NCBI GenBank assembly: GCA_002432545.1
Contig: DJFR01000040.1
Coordinates: 20,270-72,345 of the forward strand
Origin: Flammeovirgaceae bacterium UBA5867
Lineage (GTDB): Bacteria > Bacteroidota > Bacteroidia > Cytophagales > Cyclobacteriaceae
DNA length: 52,076 nucleotides
Reading direction: 5' to 3'
Shown: positions 45,119 to 52,076 of the stretch, piece by piece
How the letters are laid out: each line of letters begins with the position of its first letter
How positions within the stretch are numbered: position 1 is the first letter of the stretch
Notes under the pieces: model-generated
Seen by the model: the letters and a program-made list of their open reading frames with translations, nothing else
Told to the model about the DNA's origin: nothing
Database searches by the model: none
Made by a program: the position numbers and the translations under genes

Positions 45119-47152
45119 TTACAATTTCAAAATCCTGAATTCTACCCTGCGATTCTTCTTCCTTCCTTCCTTCGTATCGTTGGTATCAGTAGGTTTACTT
45201 TCACCAAAGAACTCTGTTGTTATGCGATCATTCGCGATACCTTTTTCAACCAGGTATTGCATAACCGCTTTTGCTCTGCGCTCTGATAGACCGAGGTTAT
45301 ATTGTTCAGGACCGGTAGCATCGGTGTGACCGGATATAGTGATCTGCATGCCACTCTTTTCCTTCATCAACTCGCTTATACGGTTAAGCTCCGGAAATGA
45401 TTCAGGCTTCAGTATAGCTTTGTCGAAATCAAAGAATACGTTGTTCAGTACAATCGTTACATTCTCTTTCACCGTAGTTACCTCGATAGGCGACAGGTTG
45501 AAGTTTTCGCCTTCAATCACTTTATCAGTAGTTATGTTACGGAGGTCGAGGTTTTGGCTTTCAGAAATTTTACCATCGGCTTCTGCACGTATACCATATT
45601 GATGGCCGGCCGGCAAACGGATTTCGTACTCACCGGTTTCAGGGTTAGATTGTGCTATACCTATATCTTTACCTTCCGGCAATCTTTCATAAATGATCTT
45701 GGCCCCTAAAGGATCGCCCGTTGTTTTGTCAACAATCTTACCTTTAACTGTAACCCACGGCTCGGGGTTCTTCACGATCGGAAGTTTCACTCGGAATATA
45801 TCGGTGTTGGTTTCCGTAACACCGCGTGAATAGTAAGCAAAGTCACTGTTAGCAGGAATGTTGAAGAAGAGATCTTCCAGTGGTGAGTTGATTTCTGGTC
45901 CGAGATTTTCAGGCTCTGACCATTTCGTCCAAGTATCATCGAGTCTGCGCGATACATATATATCTGTACCACCATAACCACTGAAGCCGTTTGATGAGAA
46001 GTATAAAGTCTTATCGTCTGATGCAAGGAAGGGAGCAGACTCTTCACCGGCAGTATTAATAATATCACCCAGGTTGAGCGGCTGCGACCATGAGCTGTCG
46101 TTGTTCATGAAGCTTACATACAGGTCGCGATCGCCCTGCGAGTCTTCACGCTCTACTGACATCAATAATGTTTTACGGTTGTTGGTAAGGAAGTAGTTGG
46201 CCTTCTCGTTAAAGTTATAGTCGTTGGCAATGTTAAGAGCCACAGGTTTGCTCCAGGAGCCGCCAACATTGGAACTGATAGACACACCGGCACGCATCTT
46301 ACCGTTGTCGAGGTACTTGTTACCCAACACCATGATGGCCGACCTGCCGTCTGGCGTAACAGATTGTATTGTATTTACAAAATTAGGTCCTTCATTGTTG
46401 AAGGGAGCACCCATGTTCTTGGCAAGCTGCCAGCGGCCGGCAGAGTCAAGTTCAGAGTACCATATATCTTCCTTGTCGCTTACACCCCCTATATTTTCAG
46501 GGTGATTTCTACGGCTGAAGTATAGTGTCTTGCCATCAGGCGAGAGCAGCGGGTTGAGTTCGCTGTACTCACTGTTTACATTTTTATCAAGTGCTTCAAT
46601 GAGTATACCGGAGGCGAGCAACTGCATTTTCGGAATGTCTGCAATGATAGGATAGTTTGAGTCAGAGATAGCCACAGCATCTATACCGAAGTATCCGGGA
46701 ACGGCAGCACCATCAAACTCTATTTTTACAGCAGCAACTTTATAGGTAGTAAGGTCGAGAAATACGTTCAGCATCCTTCCCTTCAGCGGCACGGCCATCG
46801 GGTTTAGGGTGTTTACAACATATTCTTTTCCGGCTTCGTCATATACCAGCACACGGAAGATAGCACTCGGGTTATGCGATTCTGCTATAGCGATCTGGCG
46901 TATACTGATCGGATTGGCAAAACCCAATTTCAAAAATTCTTTCCGGTTTGGTTTGTCGGGAGCCCATGCGTTAGGACTCTGCCCACCCGCCGGGAGTACA
47001 TTTGGTTTGCCTAACGCTTGCTGCGCAGAGTACTGCACAGGCGTGAGCTCCGATGAAAACTCTACAACCTTGGAGGCCCACTGCACAACCTGTGCACTGG
47101 ATATAAGAGTAAATGAGATTGATACTGCGAGGGTAAGTAAAATCCGCTTCAT
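45119..47152 (-). CDS. OmpA family protein with PD40 propeller (PorE-like architecture)
   Basis: Start ATG 47152 with signal peptide; PD40 repeats (PLLSPDGKTLYFSR, PFLASDDKTLYFSSNG); VTVKGKIVD; LNNVFFDFDK, ISGHTD, LSERRA, NRRVEFRI. Confidence 0.9.
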   Translation of the reverse strand: MKRILLTLAVSISFTLISSAQVVQWASKVVEFSSELTPVQYSAQQALGKPNVLPAGGQSPNAWAPDKPNRKEFLKLGFANPISIRQIAIAESHNPSAIFRVLVYDEAGKEYVVNTLNPMAVPLKGRMLNVFLDLTTYKVAAVKIEFDGAAVPGYFGIDAVAISDSNYPIIADIPKMQLLASGILIEALDKNVNSEYSELNPLLSPDGKTLYFSRRNHPENIGGVSDKEDIWYSELDSAGRWQLAKNMGAPFNNEGPNFVNTIQSVTPDGRSAIMVLGNKYLDNGKMRAGVSISSNVGGSWSKPVALNIANDYNFNEKANYFLTNNRKTLLMSVEREDSQGDRDLYVSFMNNDSSWSQPLNLGDIINTAGEESAPFLASDDKTLYFSSNGFSGYGGTDIYVSRRLDDTWTKWSEPENLGPEINSPLEDLFFNIPANSDFAYYSRGVTETNTDIFRVKLPIVKNPEPWVTVKGKIVDKTTGDPLGAKIIYERLPEGKDIGIAQSNPETGEYEIRLPAGHQYGIRAEADGKISESQNLDLRNITTDKVIEGENFNLSPIEVTTVKENVTIVLNNVFFDFDKAILKPESFPELNRISELMKEKSGMQITISGHTDATGPEQYNLGLSERRAKAVMQYLVEKGIANDRITTEFFGESKPTDTNDTKEGRKKNRRVEFRILKL

Positions 47153-47268
47153 GCCAGAGCGCCTGTTAAATTGAACTTTAAACATAGCTAAAAATTTTAT
47201 AATGAAGTCGAAACGACAAGTAAAAAGACGAATGAGTGATAACGAAAGGTAAATGAACAGCTAAACGC

Positions 47269-49572
47269 TTACTCCAACGAGTGACGATTGTACAACAAGA
47301 ACCCCACATGTAGCAGTACACCAAGCTGGTTCTCATTATCGTCATAATAGTTAACACTTAGACTTACCGGTCCTATAGGAGCGTGGTATACAAAGCCGGC
47401 CGACCCGGTAAAGAATAATGATTTTATATCGCGACTTATATAGGCTTCCTGGTTGCTGCCCTCCTTGATATAATCAAAAGGTTTAAACAAGTATCCTTCC
47501 AGTCGGAAGTCTACACGGGTGCGCAGTGTAAAAATATTCCGTATACCTCCGGCTACATAATTGAATGACCTGAAGTTTTCAAGAATTAATGTTCGGCTAT
47601 CCTGCAGTGGCAGAAAGGCCGGGGTGTTGATGATGGTACCAAAATAATTACGGAAGAACGGCTGATTGGAGAAGACAGCTTCGGCTATATACCCCGTGTG
47701 AAACCACCCGGCATTAAAATACTGCTCGGCACAGGCACGCACGCGAAACCATTTGTGATAGAACTTCATCTTGCCCGAGTGAATAGAAGTATTGCCGGGA
47801 GTATAAGACTCCGACAGGTTGAAGTAATCGCCCGCCAATGAGTAGGCTTTACCACTGGATGCATACTGCTTCCGGTTCAGGGTGTTGGCCGAAAACGCGA
47901 AGCCTGCCTTGAAGCCTTTGATGCGCTCTACATCTAACGTATCGGTACTGATAAATATATCTCCGTTTACATAGCGGTCTATGTTGTTAAACCCTTCTAT
48001 GCCAATAGTACATTTAAAAAATTCGCGGATCGGCATACCTATATGTATACCATATTTTCGGTTAATACGTGTGAGCACGGTTGGTGTTGTGGTAGAAGAC
48101 ACATCTTTCAGCAGATCACCATTCTCAAAGTAATTCCAGTTGTTATACTCCACAAAGGGTTCAATATATAGCTGGTTGGGGTAATCAATGCGTACTTCGG
48201 CAACACCGGATTTATAAAAACTTCCGGTTTGAAAAGCAGTATAGTAATGTTTTAGCGTACGCCCGAAGTGATAGTAATTCAACCCGAGAAATATATTGCT
48301 GATATCGCGCGAAGCTATAACGCCACCAAAGTCAACCTGGAAATTTTGCTGGGGTCTCCTGGAAAGCTGAAAGCTGAATTTGTGTTTACTACTATCGTAT
48401 AGTATACCGGGATATACATTCGAAAAGTAATCTTCGGCTACCAGTTTAAAATATCCCTTTTTTATATCGCTATAGTATAGCGGTTTGTTTGCTCCCGGAT
48501 GTATTTTGAACAGCCTGCGGATATAGGCACGCTGCGATGAGTTGAAACCTTTAAAGGCGAGCCCATTAAATTCTATGGGAACACTCCTGTTGTTAAAGGC
48601 ATTTCGTTTTTGGGCTACAGCTTCGCAGGTATTCCGGCTGGCAATTTTACTTTTCAGTTCGTCAATCTGTCGCAGGGTTTGTGTATACCCGCTATCGATA
48701 AGATTTTTGGCTTTGGCAAAATCAAAGGAAGTAAATCCTTTCAGGTTGGGTTGAATAAAAATACCACTGTCTCCGATCATAGACGGATCAGATTTGTCCA
48801 TCAACATAAATAGTAACGAACGCGAGATCAGCTTGTCGTCATTATCGTACGGATATTCATCAAAGATCTTGGTAGAGACATTTACCCCTATAATTACATC
48901 GGGTTTGAAATCGCGCTGGGCTACATCTACCGGGAAGTTATTATATACACCTCCGTCAAAAAGATATTTGCCATCTACCCGTATCGGGTTGTAAAAGAAA
49001 GGAACAGTTTGCGTGGCACGAAGCGCATCACTTAGCGAACCTTTGGAGAGCACCACTTCATTTTGTGTGAAGATGTCGGCAGCAACAACACGCAACGGTA
49101 CAAAGAGACTGTCAAAGTTATTCTGAGATATAGCCGAAGCTTGTGCCATACGATCGGCAAGTGCAAAGTTCAGCGATACATCTTTCGCAAGACTGGTGTT
49201 GAATTGAAAGTTAAGTGTAGAGTCAAGGTCAAGCGTAAGCCTCAAGAATGTAGGCGTAACGTCATTCTTGTAGTAGAAGTAGTTGAAGCCTTGTTCGGGA
49301 GAACCATTCACCCAGCCGAGAAACTCGGGCGAAAGTATCATGTGTTCGATCTGCTCGGGACTCATACCTCCTGCATAGCAACCCCCGATGATACCTCCCA
49401 TGGAAGTGCCTACAATGTAGTCGATTGGAATTTCGTTTTCTTCCAGTGCCTTTAGAACACCAACGTGAGCTATACCTTTGGCGCCACCTCCGCTCAATAC
49501 AAGCCCTACCTTCTGCGCAAATGTAAGGCAGGAGGGTAGGAGTAAAAGGAGTATAAAAAAACAACGCTTCAT
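47269..49572 (-). CDS. Patatin-like phospholipase with C-terminal POTRA/barrel-like region (PlpD-like)
   Basis: Signal peptide from ATG 49572; SGGGAKG, GTSMG (catalytic Ser), FDGG (catalytic Asp); beta-rich C-terminal half. Confidence 0.88.
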   Translation of the reverse strand: MKRCFFILLLLLPSCLTFAQKVGLVLSGGGAKGIAHVGVLKALEENEIPIDYIVGTSMGGIIGGCYAGGMSPEQIEHMILSPEFLGWVNGSPEQGFNYFYYKNDVTPTFLRLTLDLDSTLNFQFNTSLAKDVSLNFALADRMAQASAISQNNFDSLFVPLRVVAADIFTQNEVVLSKGSLSDALRATQTVPFFYNPIRVDGKYLFDGGVYNNFPVDVAQRDFKPDVIIGVNVSTKIFDEYPYDNDDKLISRSLLFMLMDKSDPSMIGDSGIFIQPNLKGFTSFDFAKAKNLIDSGYTQTLRQIDELKSKIASRNTCEAVAQKRNAFNNRSVPIEFNGLAFKGFNSSQRAYIRRLFKIHPGANKPLYYSDIKKGYFKLVAEDYFSNVYPGILYDSSKHKFSFQLSRRPQQNFQVDFGGVIASRDISNIFLGLNYYHFGRTLKHYYTAFQTGSFYKSGVAEVRIDYPNQLYIEPFVEYNNWNYFENGDLLKDVSSTTTPTVLTRINRKYGIHIGMPIREFFKCTIGIEGFNNIDRYVNGDIFISTDTLDVERIKGFKAGFAFSANTLNRKQYASSGKAYSLAGDYFNLSESYTPGNTSIHSGKMKFYHKWFRVRACAEQYFNAGWFHTGYIAEAVFSNQPFFRNYFGTIINTPAFLPLQDSRTLILENFRSFNYVAGGIRNIFTLRTRVDFRLEGYLFKPFDYIKEGSNQEAYISRDIKSLFFTGSAGFVYHAPIGPVSLSVNYYDDNENQLGVLLHVGFLLYNRHSLE

Positions 49573-49646
49573 TGAAGATGAGGGATTGCTCCGCTTCTCT
49601 GACAAAAAAAGTCAGAGAAAACTACATCTTCAACGAAAGCGTTGAA
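49562..49646 (-). promoter_or_regulatory. Structured leader that can sequester the patatin start codon
   Basis: 49562-49580 and 49625-49644 are inverted repeats (18/19 matches, one gap). They enclose a perfect 9-bp hairpin (49595-49619) and compete with a 7-bp hairpin (49629-49646). Confidence 0.5.
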
Positions 49647-49665
49647 TAAGATTATTAAATATAAG

Positions 49666-50949
49666 TTAAATGGATGCGATAGGATCCTGGCGTTGCTCCG
49701 GGAAAGCTATGCTATCAAGTTTCTTGGTCAGGTCGCCTTTAACAGTTTCGAATGCCGGCATGTGGCTTTTCTGAATAGGCTCTGATGGAGGCAGGTCTGC
49801 TTTCAGCGCATCTACCTGAACACCATTCTTCCAGAAGCGGTAGCAAAGGTGCGGACCAGTAGCCAATCCGGTACTTCCTACATAACCAATGGTTTGGCCT
49901 TGACGTACACGCGTACCGGCACGAACGCCATCCGCTATGCGCGACATGTGAAGATACTGTGTAGTATAGGTACCGTTGTGACGGATCTTTACGTAATTAC
50001 CGTTGTTGGATTTATACTGTGCTTCTTCTACTGTACCATCGCCCACAGAGCGTATAGGGGTACCGGTAGGAGCTGCGAAGTCTGTGCCCAGGTGAGCTTT
50101 CCATCTCTTTTGTACCGGGTGGAAACGGCTCATGGTATAACGTGAGCTGATGCGTGTAAATTCGATCGGGTATTTCAACAACGCTTTCCGCAAGCTTTTA
50201 CCTTCAGCATCGTAGTAGTTCATGCCTTCGCCCTGATCGAACGGGAATGCATAGTACGGACTGCTGAAATGTTCGAAGTATATAGCTTTGATCTGGTTGA
50301 TGCTTACAGTAACGCCTTCTACCTGGCTCTCTTCGTAGATCAGTTTGAACTTGTCACCTTTTTGCAGACGCTGGAAATCTACCTGCCAGCCGAAGATATC
50401 AACGAATTTGTTAGTAAGCTCGTGCGATATACCGAGTTCTTCAATAGTTTCGGAAAGGTTGGAACGAATTTCACCGGCAATGCTTTTCTCAACGGTGATA
50501 ACATCGCGCTTGCAAACATCTACGGTAAGTGAATCGTCAAAACGGAAAATGATATAATCGATTGGGTTCGGTTCGTATACCAGCGCTTTGGCTGTCTTCA
50601 GGGAATCCTGATCGCAGATCAAAGTATATTTTTTGTTAGTAGCTACTTTGCGCGCATCGAAGACGTTGCGTGAAAGTTGTGATACCTGGTTGATAAGTTT
50701 AGCAGGTACGTTGTATGCTTCGAGGATATCACCAAGACGCTCATTGCGTTTAATCTTGTCTTCAATCACCAGGAAGTCATCTACCACCATGCCATACAGC
50801 ACACTTGGTTCTTTGATTTTGATATCGAAGCTTGCGGAGTCAGTGGAAGCTTCTTGTTCCGTGAGAGAGGGGAGATAGTAGCGGTTCACGAATACTACTG
50901 CTACGATCATCATGGCGATGCCAAAAAAACTTAACCAGCGTCTTTGCAT
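49666..50949 (-). CDS. M23 family peptidoglycan endopeptidase (MepM-like)
   Basis: N-terminal TM helix; HLGTDFAAP (HxxxD), YLHMS, GSTGLATGPHLCY (HxH). Confidence 0.93.
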   Translation of the reverse strand: MQRRWLSFFGIAMMIVAVVFVNRYYLPSLTEQEASTDSASFDIKIKEPSVLYGMVVDDFLVIEDKIKRNERLGDILEAYNVPAKLINQVSQLSRNVFDARKVATNKKYTLICDQDSLKTAKALVYEPNPIDYIIFRFDDSLTVDVCKRDVITVEKSIAGEIRSNLSETIEELGISHELTNKFVDIFGWQVDFQRLQKGDKFKLIYEESQVEGVTVSINQIKAIYFEHFSSPYYAFPFDQGEGMNYYDAEGKSLRKALLKYPIEFTRISSRYTMSRFHPVQKRWKAHLGTDFAAPTGTPIRSVGDGTVEEAQYKSNNGNYVKIRHNGTYTTQYLHMSRIADGVRAGTRVRQGQTIGYVGSTGLATGPHLCYRFWKNGVQVDALKADLPPSEPIQKSHMPAFETVKGDLTKKLDSIAFPEQRQDPIASI

Positions 50950-50997
50950 GTTTTAATCATTTTTTGCCCGAGGGCGTGGGTTAAAAAATATGAGCGG

Positions 50998-51005
50998 CAA
51001 AGATA
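50998..51005 (-). promoter_or_regulatory. -7 promoter element for the M23 gene
   Basis: Minus strand reads TATCTTTG(C), the canonical TAnnTTTG. Confidence 0.55.
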
Positions 51006-51190
51006 ATCAGTTAAAAAAATTTTGGTCTATAAGACCCTTCTGAACCGCGTTAGGGTGTAAATATAAGACGTCAGATTTAAAAACAAAACCTATCAATTAC
51101 CGAATTGTGGCGTTAAAGCGCTTAATACACGTTACTACATGCCTGTAAATTTGAACTCGATCGGGCTGATAGATTATGTTTTGAGACACT

Positions 51191-51238
51191 AAAAAGAAGG
51201 AATGTCGAAAAAGTAAATATTTCTTACTTCGACATTCC
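51191..51238 (-). terminator. Intrinsic terminator after the S9 peptidase gene
   Basis: GGAATGTCGAA...TTCGACATTCC 11-bp stem preceded by AAAAAGAA (U tract on the minus strand). Confidence 0.7.
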
Positions 51239-51260
51239 CGATTATGAAATTGAATATTTT

Positions 51261-52076
51261 TTACTTCAGTAAATTCTGCTGCAGGAACATAACAACGCTC
51301 CATTGCATATAGTCAACGTTCGGTTTTTTACGGAAGCCATGTCCTTCATCTTTCGCGAGCATATACCATACGTTGCGACCTTTATTTCGCATGTTCTGTT
51401 TCATTTGTTCAGACTCTGAAGCCGGCACACGCGGGTCGTTCAGACCTTGTATAATAAACAGAGGCTTCGTGATCTTGTCAACATTATTGGCCGGTGAGAT
51501 CTTGAGCAGGTACTCTTTCATTTTCGGATCGCGCTCATCGCCATACTCCACTCTGCGCAAATCTTTTCTGTAATCTTCCGTGTTCTGCAGAAATGTTACA
51601 AAGTTACTGATGCCCACAACATCAATACCGCACTTGATGCGATCGTTGAAGTTGGTCATCGATGCCAGCACCATATACCCTCCGTACGATCCGCCCCACA
51701 CAGCTACACGCGATGCATCGAGCTCCGGTTGTTTCGCGATCCAGTCAAGTAAGGCTCCAATATCCTTAACAGATTCTTCGCGCTTGAAACCATTGTCTAG
51801 TTTTAAAAATGTTTTGCCATAGCCGGAAGACCCGCGCACGTTTGGTGAGAGCACAGCAATGCCCAACTCATTCGTAAGGTAACTTATAAACGGACTGAAC
51901 ACCGGCACAGACTGCCCTTCCGGACCACCATGTATATTGATGATCACCGGAATTTTACCCGAAGTACTTTGCGGCTTGTAATAGAAGGCTGGTATCTTTC
52001 GCGGCTTACCATTCACCTGGTCGAATGTTTCATACTCAACCAGCGATGGCACAATGAAAGTGCTTGTATTTAATCC
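51261..52076 (-). CDS. S9 family prolyl oligopeptidase/acylaminoacyl peptidase (5' end outside window)
   Basis: IHGGPE, RGSSGYG, WGGSYGG (Ser), GLNDPRV (Asp), EGHGF (His); frame open to the window edge. Confidence 0.93.
   Translation of the reverse strand, partial: GLNTSTFIVPSLVEYETFDQVNGKPRKIPAFYYKPQSTSGKIPVIINIHGGPEGQSVPVFSPFISYLTNELGIAVLSPNVRGSSGYGKTFLKLDNGFKREESVKDIGALLDWIAKQPELDASRVAVWGGSYGGYMVLASMTNFNDRIKCGIDVVGISNFVTFLQNTEDYRKDLRRVEYGDERDPKMKEYLLKISPANNVDKITKPLFIIQGLNDPRVPASESEQMKQNMRNKGRNVWYMLAKDEGHGFRKKPNVDYMQWSVVMFLQQNLLK

Noticed and set aside
47188-47200. CTAA-AAATT-TTAT, a one-mismatch SOS-like box upstream of the OmpA gene
   Set aside because: Single, imperfect, in AT-rich DNA and before a non-repair gene; likely chance.
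17277-51238. Shared GAATGTC/GACATTC arms in the hairpins at 17277 and 51199 as a REP-like family
   Set aside because: Only 7 bp in common and two copies; both are explained as terminators.
51097-51303. 68-aa ORF downstream of the S9 peptidase
   Set aside because: Crosses a terminator hairpin, overlaps the peptidase stop and has no protein-like features.
1-52076. CRISPR array, tRNA/rRNA, IS elements, defence island; the many 60-180 aa antisense ORFs
   Set aside because: No spaced direct repeats, cloverleaf or transposase motifs seen, and intergenic gaps are short. The antisense ORFs lie opposite well-supported genes and lack motifs.

Overview
A 52 kb, gene-dense stretch of core chromosome from a Bacteroidota bacterium, probably Cytophagales. 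The assignment rests on gldD, TAnnTTTG -7 promoter boxes, the mutY/ssb/gldD and HU/TPR/bS22/RNase G block, and signal peptides ending in AQ. There are about 42 CDSs covering housekeeping, DNA repair and envelope functions. I found no tRNA, rRNA, CRISPR array, transposase or prophage. Main leads: (1) a ~1,940-aa alpha-2-macroglobulin-like protein with an intact CNEQ thioester motif, whose bait region is replaced by ~660 aa containing a SusC-type carboxypeptidase-regulatory domain and TonB plug but no barrel; (2) two perfect CTAA-N5-TTAG boxes, probably a Bacteroidota SOS operator, between that operon and a SplB-like radical SAM gene; (3) a type III PKS, methyltransferase and orphan multi-TM histidine kinase in series; (4) a two-state RNA structure that can bury the start codon of a patatin gene; (5) two small ORFs missing from the supplied track, a bS22-like ribosomal protein and a 30-35 aa membrane peptide. 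All family assignments come from motif recognition by eye; no database searches were run.
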